DNA of 64,000 nucleotides from Candidatus Limnocylindrales bacterium (GTDB lineage Bacteria > Chloroflexota > Limnocylindria > Limnocylindrales > CSP1-4), in assembly GCA_035248345.1 (NCBI GenBank), contig DATFHO010000101.1, forward strand, positions 80,407 through 144,406, read 5' to 3'. Position 1 is the stretch's first letter, and every line of letters starts with the position of its first letter. Under the pieces are notes generated by a model. That model did not search any database. It was not told the origin of the DNA and saw nothing but the letters and a program-made list of their open reading frames with translations. A program made the position numbers and the translations under genes. Positions 19,219-30,263 of the stretch are shown here, piece by piece.

Positions 19219-21578
19219 CGGACTTCGGCGCGATCAAGGTTCGCGGGGCGCGGGAGAACAACCTCCGCAGCGTCGACCTCGACATCCCGAAGCGGGAGCT
19301 GACGGTCTTCACCGGCGTCTCCGGCTCCGGGAAGAGCTCACTGGTGTTCGGGACGATCGCCGCCGAATCGCAGCGGCTCATCAACGAGACATACAGCGCG
19401 TTCGTACAGGGCTTCATGCCGACGCTCGCACGGCCGGACGTTGACTCGCTGGAGGGCCTGACGACCGCGATCATCCTCGACCAGGAGCGGATGGGCGCCA
19501 ACGTCCGATCCACGGTCGGCACGGTGACCGACGCCAACGCGATCCTGCGCGTCGTCTTCAGCCGCATCGCCCAGCCGCAGATCGGCGGCCCGCAGGCGTA
19601 CTCGTTCAACATCCCGTCCGTCAGTGGGGCCGGCGCGGTCAAGTTCCAGAAGGGCGGCCAGACCGTCACGGAGCGGAAGACCTTCTCCATCGCCGGCGGC
19701 ATGTGCCCCCGCTGCGAGGGGATGGGTACGGCGAAGGACATCGACACCACCCAGCTCTATGACGCATCGAAGACGCTCTCGACCGGTGCGATCACCATCC
19801 CCGGCTTCGCGGCCGAGGGCTGGCTGGTCCAGATCCTCGAGAAGACCGGCTTCTTCGACATGACGAAGCCGATCCGTGACTTCAACAAGGCGGAGCTGGA
19901 CCACCTGCTGTACCAGCAGCCGATGAAGGTCAAGGTGAACGGCGTCAACCTGACCTACCAGGGCCTGGTGCCGCGGATCCAGCAGTCGATGCTGTCGAAG
20001 GACGTCGAGGCGCTCCAGCCCCACATCCGGGCGTTCGTGGAGCGGATCGCGACGTTCACGCCGTGTCCGGAATGCGGCGGGACGCGGCTGTCCGAAGCGG
20101 CGCGCACATCCCGCATCGAGGGCGTCAGCATCGCGGACGCGTGTGCGATGCAGATCAGCGACCTCGCCGAGTGGGTCCGCGGGCTCCAGCAACCGTCCGT
20201 TGCACCGCTGCGCGCCGCGCTCGGCGAGACCCTGGATGCGTTCGTCGAGATGGGCCTCGGCTACCTGAGCCTGGACCGGGCCTCCGGCACGCTCTCCGGC
20301 GGCGAGGCACAGCGCACGCGGATGGTCCGACACGTTGGATCGCCGCTCACGGACGTCACCTACGTCTTCGACGAGCCGACGATCGGGCTCCACGCCCACG
20401 ACGTCGAGAAGATGAACGCGCTCCTCCGGCGCCTTCGTGACAAGGGCAACACGGTCCTCGTCGTCGAGCACGATCCGGAGGTGATCCGCATCGCGGACCA
20501 CGTCGTGGACATGGGGCCGGGTGCGGGTCCGCATGGCGGAACCGTGGTGTTCGAGGGAAGCGTGGACGGCCTCGCAGGCGCCGACACCGCCACCGGCCGG
20601 CACCTCGACCAGCAGGTCTCCCTCAAGCCGACCGTGCGCACGTCCTCGGCCTCGATCGCGATCCGGCACGCGGCGCTGCACAATCTCCAGGATGTCTCCG
20701 TGGACGTCCCGCTCGGGGTCATGGTGGCGATCACCGGCGTCGCCGGGTCCGGCAAGAGCTCGCTCATCCACGGCTGCCTGCCGCGCGAAACCCCGTCGGT
20801 GACCGTCATCGACCAATCGGCGATCAAGGGCTCGCGGCGGTCCAGCCCCGCCACCTACACCGGGATCCTCGATCCCATCCGCACCGCGTTCGCCAAGGCC
20901 AACGGCGTGAAGCCGGCGCTGTTCAGCGCGAACTCCGAGGGCGCGTGCCCGGCCTGCAACGGGCTCGGCAAGATCTACACGAGCCTCGGGTTCATGGCGG
21001 AGGTGGCCAGCGTGTGCGAGGTGTGCGAGGGCCGCCGCTTCACCGATGAAGTGCTCGAGTACCGGCTGCGCGGGAAGAACATCGTCGAGGTCCTCGCGAT
21101 GCCGGTGGAGGAGGCGGCGGCGTTCTTCACCGAGACGCCGGTGAAGACGATGCTCGACCGGTTGGCCGATGTCGGGCTCGGGTACGTCTCGCTCGGGCAG
21201 GAGCTCGACACGCTCTCCGGTGGCGAGCGCCAGCGGCTCAAGCTCGCGATCGAGATGTCGTCCGACACCGAGGTCTATGTCCTCGACGAGCCGACGACCG
21301 GCCTGCACATGCGGGACGTGGACAACCTCGTGGGCCTGCTGGATCGCCTCGTCGAGAGCCGCCGCACCGTCATCGTCATCGAGCACAACCTCGACGTCGT
21401 GGCGCACGCGGACTGGGTCATCGACATGGGCCCCGGTGCCGGCCACGATGGCGGCCGGGTGGTGTTCGAAGGGCCGCCATCGGCCCTGGTCGATGCGCCG
21501 GGCTCGCTGACCGGTGAGCACCTCCGGCGGCGCCTCGAGCCCGTTCGCGCTGCGTCTGGAGCCGCCGCGCACGCCTGA
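19206..21578 (+). CDS. uvrA2: Class II UvrA-like excinuclease ABC ATPase (UvrA2; no UvrB-binding domain)
   Basis: 790 aa. Two ABC modules: Walker A GVSGSGKSSL and GVAGSGKSSL; signatures LSGGEAQR and LSGGERQR. Zn-finger pairs CPRCEGMG, CPECGGTR, CPACNGLG and CEVCEG. Too short for a class I UvrA of ~950 aa. Confidence 0.85.
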   Translation: MADVTDFGAIKVRGARENNLRSVDLDIPKRELTVFTGVSGSGKSSLVFGTIAAESQRLINETYSAFVQGFMPTLARPDVDSLEGLTTAIILDQERMGANVRSTVGTVTDANAILRVVFSRIAQPQIGGPQAYSFNIPSVSGAGAVKFQKGGQTVTERKTFSIAGGMCPRCEGMGTAKDIDTTQLYDASKTLSTGAITIPGFAAEGWLVQILEKTGFFDMTKPIRDFNKAELDHLLYQQPMKVKVNGVNLTYQGLVPRIQQSMLSKDVEALQPHIRAFVERIATFTPCPECGGTRLSEAARTSRIEGVSIADACAMQISDLAEWVRGLQQPSVAPLRAALGETLDAFVEMGLGYLSLDRASGTLSGGEAQRTRMVRHVGSPLTDVTYVFDEPTIGLHAHDVEKMNALLRRLRDKGNTVLVVEHDPEVIRIADHVVDMGPGAGPHGGTVVFEGSVDGLAGADTATGRHLDQQVSLKPTVRTSSASIAIRHAALHNLQDVSVDVPLGVMVAITGVAGSGKSSLIHGCLPRETPSVTVIDQSAIKGSRRSSPATYTGILDPIRTAFAKANGVKPALFSANSEGACPACNGLGKIYTSLGFMAEVASVCEVCEGRRFTDEVLEYRLRGKNIVEVLAMPVEEAAAFFTETPVKTMLDRLADVGLGYVSLGQELDTLSGGERQRLKLAIEMSSDTEVYVLDEPTTGLHMRDVDNLVGLLDRLVESRRTVIVIEHNLDVVAHADWVIDMGPGAGHDGGRVVFEGPPSALVDAPGSLTGEHLRRRLEPVRAASGAAAHA

Positions 21579-21589
21579 CCGCGCATACG

Positions 21590-22789
21590 ATGCCGGCGAT
21601 GGACCTCCTCGCCGCTGCCCGCGCGATCCTGCCGGAGATCGTCGATACCCGGCGCCGCATCCATCGGCACCCGGAGCTCGGCCTGGAGCTGCCCGTGACG
21701 CAGCGGCTCGTCGCCGCACGGCTGGAGGAGCTGGGGCTCGAGCCGCAACTCGGGCGGGGCCTGTCGTCGGTGACGGCGCGGATCGGGGCCGATCGACCGG
21801 GCCGCACGGTGCTCCTGCGGGCCGACATGGACGCCCTGCCGATGCCCGAGGAGACCGGGCTGGAGTTCGCGTCCGAGGTTGACGGCGCGATGCACGCGTG
21901 CGGTCACGACACGCACGTCGCGATGCTGCTCGGCGCTGCTCGGCTGCTCGTGGATGCCGCCGCCGCCGACCCGTCAGCCCTGCCGGGACCCGTCGTCCTC
22001 ATGTTCCAGCCCGGGGAGGAAGGGTTCGCCGGCTCGCGGCACATGATCGAGGAGGGCCTCCTCGAGGGGCTCGACCCCGCGACGACCCGCGCATTGGCGG
22101 TGCACATCTCCGCGAGGTACCCGTCCGGCGAGCTCCACTCCCGTCCCGGCCCGATGCAGGCGTCCGCGGACAACTTCTTCATCACGATCCACGGGCGGGG
22201 CGGCCATGCCTCCACGCCGCACCTCGCCGCCGATCCGATACCCGTGGCCGCCGAGATCGTCCTCGCGCTGCAGACGGCCGTCACGCGGTCCGTGGACGTG
22301 TTCGACCCGGCCGTGCTGACGGTGGCGCATCTCGATGCGGGCACCACGCACAACGTGATCCCCGAGCGGGCATTCCTCGAGGGCACGTACCGCTGCGTCT
22401 CCGACGTTCGGCGGGCCGCGATGCCGGAGCTCATCCGCCGCGTCGCCGAGGGCGTGGCCGCGGCGCACGGGCTCGGCGTCCACGTCCGCTTCCAGGAGAT
22501 CTACCCGGTCACGATGAACGACCCGGAGGTCTTCGAAGCGGTCCGCGCGATCGCCGTCGACCTCGTCGGCGAGACCGACGTCCACACGATGGCGGCGCCG
22601 ATCATGCCCGCCGAGGACTGGTCCTTCGTGCTCCAGCGAATCCCGGGCGTGATGGTGGACCTCGGGGCGCGGCCAAGGGATCGGGCGCTCGAGGGCTATC
22701 CGCAGAACCACTCGAGCACGGTGGTGTTCGATGAGGCCGCCATGGCCGTGGGCGCCGCCCTGTACGCGAAGGCGGCGCTCGAGCTCTAG
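21590..22789 (+). CDS. M20-family amidohydrolase (N-acyl-amino-acid / hippurate hydrolase type)
   Basis: Metal ligands HACGHD, ...GEEG... and the dimerisation domain typical of the M20D subfamily. Confidence 0.8.
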   Translation: MPAMDLLAAARAILPEIVDTRRRIHRHPELGLELPVTQRLVAARLEELGLEPQLGRGLSSVTARIGADRPGRTVLLRADMDALPMPEETGLEFASEVDGAMHACGHDTHVAMLLGAARLLVDAAAADPSALPGPVVLMFQPGEEGFAGSRHMIEEGLLEGLDPATTRALAVHISARYPSGELHSRPGPMQASADNFFITIHGRGGHASTPHLAADPIPVAAEIVLALQTAVTRSVDVFDPAVLTVAHLDAGTTHNVIPERAFLEGTYRCVSDVRRAAMPELIRRVAEGVAAAHGLGVHVRFQEIYPVTMNDPEVFEAVRAIAVDLVGETDVHTMAAPIMPAEDWSFVLQRIPGVMVDLGARPRDRALEGYPQNHSSTVVFDEAAMAVGAALYAKAALEL

Positions 22790-22817
22790 GTCGGCCGCTG
22801 CGGAGCGCGCCGGGCGG

Positions 22818-24014
22818 CTAGGGCGCGCCGGCCTGCCGGCGCTTCGTGAACCAGTACACGCTGCCCCCGACCACGCCGCCGAGGACCAGGATCCGCGCGA
22901 TCAGGATCGGCAGCGGCATGCTGCCCGTCGCGGCTGCGTCTCCGGACCCGTTGTCGAGGCCCACGATCGTGGGTGCGGGCGTTGCACCGGGCGCGAGCAC
23001 CGCCGCCTGCGTCGGTGCCGGCGTGATGACGGTGCCGTCCGACGCGATGACGTCCGTCGGTGGGGCGCTCGTCGGCGCGACACCGGTTGGCGCCGGACCT
23101 GCGCTGCCCTTGCTCGTGGGCGCCGGGGTGAGCGGCGGCGGGGTGAGCTGCGCCGTCGGAGTCGGGTTGGGTGGCCCGGAGATCGGCGGCCCGATCGAAT
23201 CGAAGACCGCCGTCGTATCGACCGGCAGCGCGGGCACGTCGAACGAGCAGACGGGGTTCGTCGACCCGTCGCACTCGCCGCCCTCCCAGCGGTTGAAGGT
23301 GCCGCCGTTCTGGGGCTCCGCGGTGAGCGTGACCGGCTCGAGCCACTCGAACCACCACGTGCAGGTGGCGCCGCAGTCGATGCCTGCGGGATCGCTCGTG
23401 ACCGTGCCCTGGCCGAGGCCGCCCAGGGTGACGTTCACGTCGACCGGCCGGTTGATGTACGACACCGTCAGCTTGAAGTCCGTGAGTCCGAAGCTCTGGA
23501 CGGCGGCGTCCGTCGTGGATGCGTTCCGCGACAGTCGGATGCCGAAGTAGTCGCCGCCGTTGCTGACCTGGTCCTGCACCTGGCCGATCACGTTGAATTG
23601 CTTCGTCGTGGTGCCTGGGCTGAACGTGGCCGCGACCGAACCGGCAAGCACGTCACCAAGGTCGTCGTTGCCGTTGCCGGCATAGATCGCGAGGTCGACG
23701 GAGCAGTCGTTGGCCGGGCATCCGGCGGTCTTCTTGAGCGCCACGACGGCCGACATGATCTTCGCGCTGCTCGGGATGTTCGACATGTCGAACTCGGCGG
23801 CGCATCGGTACTCCTGCCCGCTGGCGAGCCCGACGTCGCAGCCGTCGGTGAAGCCCCACGCGCCGCCGGGGAAGGTGTGGCCCGCCCCGACGGTCTTGAA
23901 CGCGGAGTACGTGCTCTGGCTCACCGCCAGCACGTGGCCCGGCCGGGCGAGGGTGAGCGCGGACGCGACGATGGCCAGCACGGCGACCATGAGGGCGAGC
24001 CGGTACGTCCGCAT
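22818..24014 (-). CDS. Membrane-anchored secreted protein: Cys-containing N-domain + divergent InlB-B-repeat domain + Pro/Thr linker + C-terminal TM helix
   Basis: Signal peptide MRTYRLALMVAVLAIVASALTLA. The segment VNVTLGGLGQGTVTSDPAGIDCGATCTWWFEWLEPVTLTAEPQNGGTFNRWEGGEC matches the divergent InlB B-repeat pattern. PT-rich linker. C-terminal LPILIARILVLGGVVGGSVYWFTKRRQ. GGAGG lies 9 nt upstream. Confidence 0.6.
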   Translation of the reverse strand: MRTYRLALMVAVLAIVASALTLARPGHVLAVSQSTYSAFKTVGAGHTFPGGAWGFTDGCDVGLASGQEYRCAAEFDMSNIPSSAKIMSAVVALKKTAGCPANDCSVDLAIYAGNGNDDLGDVLAGSVAATFSPGTTTKQFNVIGQVQDQVSNGGDYFGIRLSRNASTTDAAVQSFGLTDFKLTVSYINRPVDVNVTLGGLGQGTVTSDPAGIDCGATCTWWFEWLEPVTLTAEPQNGGTFNRWEGGECDGSTNPVCSFDVPALPVDTTAVFDSIGPPISGPPNPTPTAQLTPPPLTPAPTSKGSAGPAPTGVAPTSAPPTDVIASDGTVITPAPTQAAVLAPGATPAPTIVGLDNGSGDAAATGSMPLPILIARILVLGGVVGGSVYWFTKRRQAGAP

Positions 24015-24073
24015 TGGTGGTCCTCCTGCCGGAGCCCCGGGTGAGCGAGGATAGCCTCGGCGAGGGTGGACGA

Positions 24074-24958
24074 TCAGCCGCTCGTGCGCTGTTCCCAGCG
24101 GAGCGCGAGCCGCCCGGCCATCGTCTCGCCGGGCGCGAGGAACGTCACGCCGGCGGCTCGTGCCGCGGCCTCGGGCAGTGCCAGGGCATTCGGCGGCGCG
24201 GTCTGCGGCTCCACGCAGACAGCGTTCCACGGCGTGTACACGACGACCGGCGCCGGCGACGGCTCGAATGCCACGGAGAGCCGCAGGTCCGGCCACTCCA
24301 GGATCGCCGGGCTGGGCGCGCTCGCAAATGCCGTGTCCAGGCGCCGCTCGCCGAGCACGGGGCCGCTCCGCAGATCCCGGTTGCCGGTCACGGGCCGCCG
24401 GGCTCCGGTCGGGATCATCCGGCGCGTTTCGAGGACCTCGTGCGCTTCGAGCCGCAGCGTCACCGGATCCCCCGCTCGGTCGAACCACGGGTGCCATCCG
24501 ACGGCGGCCGGCATCGCGGCTCCGGCGGTGACCGACGCATCCATCGCCAGGCCGTGCTCGGTGAGCGTGAGCTCGTGGCGCACTACGCCCCCCATCGGCC
24601 ACTCGTCAGGCAGGGCGCAGGTGAGCGTGGCCGACCTGCCGGAGGACCGCTCGATCGTCCACGGCCGGTTCCACACGAGGCCGTGGATCGCGTGGCGGCC
24701 GTGCGTCCGGGGCAGCTGGATCGTCCGGCCCTGCCATGTGAACCGGCCGTTCTCGAGCCGTCCCGGCCATGGCGCCATCAGGTAGCACCCCCAGCGCATC
24801 GGCTGCGCCTCGTTCCCCTGCCGGCCGACGAGCAGCTCGCGGCTCCCGACGCGGATCGATGCCAGCCGGCCACCCGCCTCCGGGTCGATGGCCACGCGCA
24901 CGTTCGACGCCTGCAGCTCGAGCATGTCGCACGGAGGGTATGTGATAACTTCGAACAA
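24074..24958 (-). CDS. Aldose 1-epimerase (galactose-mutarotase-like) family protein
   Basis: Mutarotase-fold motifs ([16 protein letters not shown]). TTG start at 24958 with GAGGGG upstream. An alternative ATG at 24925 lacks an RBS. Confidence 0.7.
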   Translation of the reverse strand: MFEVITYPPCDMLELQASNVRVAIDPEAGGRLASIRVGSRELLVGRQGNEAQPMRWGCYLMAPWPGRLENGRFTWQGRTIQLPRTHGRHAIHGLVWNRPWTIERSSGRSATLTCALPDEWPMGGVVRHELTLTEHGLAMDASVTAGAAMPAAVGWHPWFDRAGDPVTLRLEAHEVLETRRMIPTGARRPVTGNRDLRSGPVLGERRLDTAFASAPSPAILEWPDLRLSVAFEPSPAPVVVYTPWNAVCVEPQTAPPNALALPEAAARAAGVTFLAPGETMAGRLALRWEQRTSG

Positions 24959-24992
24959 ATCCCCTCACCCTCGCGTCGGGAGGCCCAGCGCC

Positions 24993-26327
24993 GTGAGCAA
25001 GCCCTTCTTCACCGACGTCCCCGACCGCGTCCGCTTCGGCGGTCCCGACAATGACGATCCCCTCGCCTATTCCGTGTACGAGCCGGACCGGCTCGTGCTG
25101 GGCAAGCGCATGGAAGAGCACCTGCGCGTCGGCGTGTGCCTGTGGCACTCGTTCGCGTGGGGCGGCACGGACATGTTCGGGGCCGGGACGTTCGACCGGC
25201 CGTGGAACGCGCCCGGACTCGATCCACTTGTCGCGGCCGAGATGAAGCTCGATGCCGCGTTCGAGTTCCTGACCAAGCTCGGCGTCCCCTACTTCTGCGT
25301 GCACGATCGGGACATCGCCCCCGAGGGCGCTGACGGCCGCGAGACGCGCCGGATCTTCGATGCGGTGATGGACATGGTCGAGGCCCGGATCGCCTCGAGC
25401 GGGATGCAGCTCCTGTGGGGCACCGCGAACCTGTTCACCCACCCCCGGTACATGTCCGGCGCAGCGACGAACCCCAATCCCGAGGTCTTCGCCTTCGCCG
25501 CTGCCCAGGTCAAGCTGATGCTCGAGACGACGCAGCGCTTCGGTGGTCGCAACTACGTGCTCTGGGGCGGCCGCGAGGGCTACGACACGCTCCTCAACAC
25601 GGACCTCAAGCGCGAGGACGACCAGCTCGCCCGGTTCCTGCACCTCGTGGCGGAGCACAAGCACAGGATCGGGTTCGACGGGCTCCTGCTCATCGAGCCG
25701 AAGCCGCACGAGCCGACGAAGCACCAGTACGACCACGACGCCGCGACCGTCCACGGCTTCCTGACGCGGCACGGCCTCGACGGCGAGTACAAGCTGAACC
25801 TGGAGGCCAACCACGCGACGCTCTCGGGCAACAGCTTCCACCACGAGGTCGCGTACGCGGTGGCGCACGGGATGCTCGGCTCGATCGATGCCAATCGGGG
25901 CGACTACCAGAACGGCTGGGACACGGACCAGTTCCCGAACTCGGTCGACGAGCTCTCGCTCGCCGTGTACGAGATCCTCAAGGGCGGCGGCCTGACCACC
26001 GGCGGCTTCAACTTCGACGCGAAGCTCCGGCGGCAGAGCATCAGCCGCACGGACCTGTTCTCGGCCCACATCGGCGCGATCGACACGCTCGCGCGGTCCC
26101 TGCTCGTCGCGGCCGACATGGTCGAGCGCGAGACGCTGTCCGCGCCGCTCGCCGAGCGCTATGCCGGCTGGGACGGCGACCTGGGACGGTCGATCATGGA
26201 CGGGTCGGCGTCCCTGGGGTCGCTTACCGAGATGGTCGAGGCCGACGATCTGGACCCGGCACCGACCTCGGGTGGCCAGGAACGGCTCGAGGGCGCGGTC
26301 AACCGCCGCATCTGGGGCGCGCACTGA
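24993..26327 (+). CDS. xylA: Xylose isomerase
   Basis: Near-colinear with class II XylA ([78 protein letters not shown]). GTG start with GGGAGG 9 nt upstream. Confidence 0.9.
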   Translation: MSKPFFTDVPDRVRFGGPDNDDPLAYSVYEPDRLVLGKRMEEHLRVGVCLWHSFAWGGTDMFGAGTFDRPWNAPGLDPLVAAEMKLDAAFEFLTKLGVPYFCVHDRDIAPEGADGRETRRIFDAVMDMVEARIASSGMQLLWGTANLFTHPRYMSGAATNPNPEVFAFAAAQVKLMLETTQRFGGRNYVLWGGREGYDTLLNTDLKREDDQLARFLHLVAEHKHRIGFDGLLLIEPKPHEPTKHQYDHDAATVHGFLTRHGLDGEYKLNLEANHATLSGNSFHHEVAYAVAHGMLGSIDANRGDYQNGWDTDQFPNSVDELSLAVYEILKGGGLTTGGFNFDAKLRRQSISRTDLFSAHIGAIDTLARSLLVAADMVERETLSAPLAERYAGWDGDLGRSIMDGSASLGSLTEMVEADDLDPAPTSGGQERLEGAVNRRIWGAH

Positions 26328-26364
26328 CCCAGCGCGCTCGGCGCGCAGGCGCGACGATGGCGCC

Positions 26365-27849
26365 GTGAGCCACGTCCTCGGCATCGACGTCTCGACGACG
26401 GCGACCAAGGCCGTCCTCGTCGACGAATCCGGGACGGTCGTCGGGATCGGGATGTCCGAGTACGGCTTCGACCAGCCGCAGCCCCTCTGGACCGAGCAGG
26501 AGCCGGCGCTGTGGTGGGACGGCGCGATCGCCGCAATCCGCCAGGTGCTCGCGACGACGCGCGTGGATGCCGGGTCGATCGCGGCGATCGGGCTGACCGG
26601 GCAGATGCACGGCCTCGTCCTGCTCGATGCGTCGGATCGCGTGCTGCGGCCGGCGATCCTCTGGAACGATCAGCGCACGGCGCACGCCTGCGACGAGATT
26701 CGCTCCGCGGTGGGCGCACGGCGGCTCATCGAGATCACGGGCAACGACGCCGTCACGGGTCTCACGGCGCCGAAGCTCGTCTGGGTCCGCGATCACGAGC
26801 CGGCCACCTGGGAGCGCGCGGCCCACGTGCTGCTGCCGAAGGACTTCGTGCGGCTCCAGCTCACCGGCGAGCACGCGCTCGACAAGGCCGACGGTGCCGG
26901 CACGCTGCTCTTCGACCTGGCGGCTCGCGACTGGTCGACCGAGGTGGTCGACGCGCTCGGAATCCCGCGCACATGGCTGCCACGGACGCACGAGGGCCCG
27001 GAGGTCACCGGCACGGTCAGCGCGAGCGCCGCCGCGGCCACGGGCCTGCGAGCCGGCACGCCCGTCGTCGCGGGCGGCGGCGATCAGGCAGCGAATGCCG
27101 TGGGCGTCGGCGTGGTCGCGCCGGGCTCAGCCGCGCTGTCCCTGGGGACATCGGGGGTGATCTTCGCGGCGACGAGCGCGCCGCTGTACGACGAGCGCGG
27201 ACGCGTGCATGCCTTCTGCCACGCCGTGCCGGATCGCTGGCATCTCATGTCGGTGATGCTGTCCGCGGCCGGCAGCCTGCGCTGGTTCCGCGACACCGTC
27301 GCGCCGGAGATCGGGTTCGGCGACCTGGTCTCGACCGCCGCGGAGGTGCAGGCAGGCAGCAGCGGTCTCCTCTTCCTCCCCTACCTCTCCGGCGAGCGCA
27401 GCCCGCACCCGGATCCGCTCGCCCGCGGCGCATTCGTTGGGCTCACGCTGGCCCACGATCGACGCCATCTCGTGCGCGCCGTCCTCGAGGGCGTGGCGTT
27501 CGGGCTCCGTGACGGACTGGACCTGATGCGCGCTGCCGGCATGCCGGGCCCGGTCACGATCCGGGCCTCTGGTGGCGGGATCGCGAGCCCGCTGTGGCGG
27601 CAGATCCTGGCGGACGTGCTGGAGGCGGAGCTCGTGACCGTCAACACCACCGAGGGCGCGGCATTCGGCGCGGCGATCCTCGCGACCGTTGCCGCAGGCT
27701 GGCACGCGTCCGTCGACGACGCGGTGGTGGCAACGGTGACCACGATCCCCTCGGCATCACCCGGCCCGGACGCCGCCCGGTATCGCGAGCTGCACGCCGC
27801 ATACCGCGAGCTCTACCCCGCGCTGGCGCCGCACTTCCACCGCGCCTGA
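26365..27849 (+). CDS. xylB: Xylulokinase (FGGY carbohydrate kinase)
   Basis: FGGY N-terminal HVLGIDVSTTATKAVLVDE and C-terminal ASGGGIASPLWRQILADVL. Immediately downstream of xylA. Confidence 0.85.
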   Translation: MSHVLGIDVSTTATKAVLVDESGTVVGIGMSEYGFDQPQPLWTEQEPALWWDGAIAAIRQVLATTRVDAGSIAAIGLTGQMHGLVLLDASDRVLRPAILWNDQRTAHACDEIRSAVGARRLIEITGNDAVTGLTAPKLVWVRDHEPATWERAAHVLLPKDFVRLQLTGEHALDKADGAGTLLFDLAARDWSTEVVDALGIPRTWLPRTHEGPEVTGTVSASAAAATGLRAGTPVVAGGGDQAANAVGVGVVAPGSAALSLGTSGVIFAATSAPLYDERGRVHAFCHAVPDRWHLMSVMLSAAGSLRWFRDTVAPEIGFGDLVSTAAEVQAGSSGLLFLPYLSGERSPHPDPLARGAFVGLTLAHDRRHLVRAVLEGVAFGLRDGLDLMRAAGMPGPVTIRASGGGIASPLWRQILADVLEAELVTVNTTEGAAFGAAILATVAAGWHASVDDAVVATVTTIPSASPGPDAARYRELHAAYRELYPALAPHFHRA

Positions 27850-27926
27850 CCGAGGCGCGGCTCACCGGGGCGCGCCCGCGCGCCGGCACCCTGCGCGCCG
27901 GCACCCCGCGCGCAGGCGCAGTGCCG
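27850..27926. terminator. Candidate bidirectional terminator between convergent xylB and xylG
   Basis: Direct repeat gcgccggcaccc (x2) embedded in the inverted repeat TGCGCGC...GCGCGCA. The interval between the two convergent stops is only 77 bp. Confidence 0.35.
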
Positions 27927-28760
27927 TCAGGCGTGGAGCTGGGCCTTCTCCTCGTCGGTGAGCTTCGTGGGCGGCTTGCCGAGGATGATCATCCCGAGCA
28001 CTTCGTCCGTGGTGACGTCGTCCTTGTTCACCGTGCCGACGAGCCGGCCGTGGTACATGACCGAGATCCGCTCGGACAGGTCGAACACGTCGTGGATGTC
28101 GTGGCTGACGAGGAAGATCCCGAGCCCTTCCTTCTTGAGCTGGCGGATGAGATCCCGGACCTGCGCCGTCTCGGCCGGCCCGAGGGCAGCCGTGGGCTCG
28201 TCCATGATCAGGACCCTCGCGTTGAACTGGATCGCCCGCCCGATCGCGACAGCCTGGCGCTGGCCGCCGGACAGGCGCATGACCGGGCTGGTGAAGTTCT
28301 TGAAGTTCGGGTTGAGCCGCCCGATGACCTTGCGCGTCGCGTCCTCCATCGCGTCGTCATCGAGCTGGCCGCGGCTCATCACCTCGCGCCCCAGGAACAC
28401 GTTCGCCGGGGCATCGAGGTTGTCCGCGAGGGCGAGGGTCTGGTAGATCGTCTCGATGCCGTACGCCTTCGCGTCGCGTGGGTTGGCGATGCTCGCGGGC
28501 TTGCCGTCGACCCAGATCTCGCCTCGGTCGGGGGGCCGCGCGCCGGACAGCGCGCGCATGAGCGTGGACTTGCCGGCGCCGTTCCCGCCGACGAGGCCGA
28601 TCACCTCGCCGGGGTGGACGTCGACGCTGACGCCCTGGACGGCCTTGACGCCACCGAAGCTCACCTCGATGTTGCGCATCTCGATCAGGGGCGTCCGTGC
28701 GGCGGCCGGTGCGGCGGCCGGCGCCGTGGCGGCATTCGTCGTGGGTTGGGACAGTGCCAT
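27927..28760 (-). CDS. Sugar ABC transporter ATP-binding protein, single NBD (half-size, xylG-like position)
   Basis: 277 aa from [10 protein letters not shown] (ATG 28760). Walker [10 protein letters not shown], signature LSGGQRQ, Walker [12 protein letters not shown]-loop. Only one nucleotide-binding domain. Confidence 0.8.
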   Translation of the reverse strand: MALSQPTTNAATAPAAAPAAARTPLIEMRNIEVSFGGVKAVQGVSVDVHPGEVIGLVGGNGAGKSTLMRALSGARPPDRGEIWVDGKPASIANPRDAKAYGIETIYQTLALADNLDAPANVFLGREVMSRGQLDDDAMEDATRKVIGRLNPNFKNFTSPVMRLSGGQRQAVAIGRAIQFNARVLIMDEPTAALGPAETAQVRDLIRQLKKEGLGIFLVSHDIHDVFDLSERISVMYHGRLVGTVNKDDVTTDEVLGMIILGKPPTKLTDEEKAQLHA

Positions 28761-28764
28761 CGGA

Positions 28765-30153
28765 TCAGCCCGCCCTTCTGCGGATGAGCGTGTCGAGGAA
28801 GACCGCACCGACGAGCACGATGCCCACGACGATGTCCTGGGTCGGCGAGTCGACGAGCAGCAGCGACATGCCGGAACGGAGCGACTGCATCACGACCGCG
28901 CCGAGGATCGCGCCCGGGATCGTCCCGATGCCACCCGCGAACGACGTGCCGCCGATGACGGCAGCCGAGATGACGTCGAGCTCGTTCTGGATGCCGAGGT
29001 TGGTGACGGCGCTGTTGAGCCGCGCCGTCGCCACGGAAGCGCTGATGCCGCAGAGGATCCCCATCAGCGCGAACGTCTTGAGGATCGTCCAGCGCACGTT
29101 GATGCCGCCGAGGGCCGCGGCGTCGGGGTTGCCGCCGATCGCGTAGACGTACCGGCCGAACTGCCGTCGGGTCGCGAGGAAGGTGACGGCGATGCCGACG
29201 ACGATCAGCACCAGGACCGGGATCGCGACCCCTGTGGCGAATCCACCCGGCGGGACCGGGATGCCCTTCTCGGCCGCGACGGCCTGCGCGACGTTCGTCG
29301 GCAGGAGGTAGCTGTTGGCAACGAAGACGGCGCCGAGTGCGACGATGCTCGACACGGCGGCGACCGCCACCTCGGCCCAGAGCGGCCGCGTCGGGAAGCC
29401 GTAGCGACGCTTCCTGCGGCGCGCGAAGACGAGCGACGCGATGATCGCGAGGCAGGCGAGGCCGCCGAGCACCCAGCTCCCCACGTCGCCGAGTGCGCCA
29501 ACCCGCGTGCCGACCGTGCCGCCGCCGAGCATCTGGAACGTCTGGTCCAGCGGAGCGATCGTCTGGCCCTGGGCGTACCGGAAGATGAGGCCGCGCCAGA
29601 TGAGCAGCCCGCCGAGCGTGACGATGAACGAGGGCACGCCGCCGTAGGCGACGAAGAAGCCCTGGACGCCGCCGATGACGGCACCGAGCAGCATCCCCAC
29701 GAGCACCGTGACGATCCAGATCCACGGCTGCGGCTCGGCGCCGAAGACCTGCGGGATCCATTGCGATTGGAGCATCGCCATCGTGTAGCCGATGAAGGCG
29801 AGCATCGAGCCGACGGACAGGTCGATGTTGCGGGACACGATGATCAGGACCATGCCCGTGGCCATGATCGCGATCGAGGCGCTCTGGACGGACAGGTTCC
29901 AGAGGTTGCGCGCGGTGAGGAACGTGCCATTCCCATTCAGCACGCCGTCGGAGAGGTCGCTGGCGAAGTTGAAGCCGAACCAGATGACCAGCAGCGCCAC
30001 GACCATCCCGAGGAGGCGGGTATCGACCTCGAGGATCGCGAGGCGGGTTCGGACGGGAGCGAGCACGCCGCGCAGCGCGTCCACCGCACGCCGGATCGGC
30101 GATGCGGGGCGGCCCTCGGTCGTTACCTGTGCCGGGGTCTCGGAGAGCGCCAT
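28765..30153 (-). CDS. Sugar ABC transporter permease (XylH/RbsC-type, branched inner-membrane component)
   Basis: 462 aa with about 10 predicted TM helices (my estimate from hydrophobic runs). Sits between the SBP and ATPase genes. Confidence 0.8.
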   Translation of the reverse strand: MALSETPAQVTTEGRPASPIRRAVDALRGVLAPVRTRLAILEVDTRLLGMVVALLVIWFGFNFASDLSDGVLNGNGTFLTARNLWNLSVQSASIAIMATGMVLIIVSRNIDLSVGSMLAFIGYTMAMLQSQWIPQVFGAEPQPWIWIVTVLVGMLLGAVIGGVQGFFVAYGGVPSFIVTLGGLLIWRGLIFRYAQGQTIAPLDQTFQMLGGGTVGTRVGALGDVGSWVLGGLACLAIIASLVFARRRKRRYGFPTRPLWAEVAVAAVSSIVALGAVFVANSYLLPTNVAQAVAAEKGIPVPPGGFATGVAIPVLVLIVVGIAVTFLATRRQFGRYVYAIGGNPDAAALGGINVRWTILKTFALMGILCGISASVATARLNSAVTNLGIQNELDVISAAVIGGTSFAGGIGTIPGAILGAVVMQSLRSGMSLLLVDSPTQDIVVGIVLVGAVFLDTLIRRRAG

Positions 30154-30263
30154 GAGCGTTCGCTCCTGCTGCGCGCAGCGACGACGGGAAGCCGGATAGC
30201 AAAGGCGCCCTGCCCCGCGTTCGCGGAGGCAGGGCGCTTCAGGTCAACGGATGACCAAGGTCG

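Noticed and set aside
19338-21719. 793-aa minus-strand ORF opposite uvrA2
   Set aside because: Antisense shadow ORF that is Arg/Gly/Asp-rich with no motifs. The + strand product has two complete ABC ATPase modules.
24606-26408. 600-aa minus-strand ORF opposite xylA
   Set aside because: Antisense to a near-perfect xylose isomerase. No recognisable domains.
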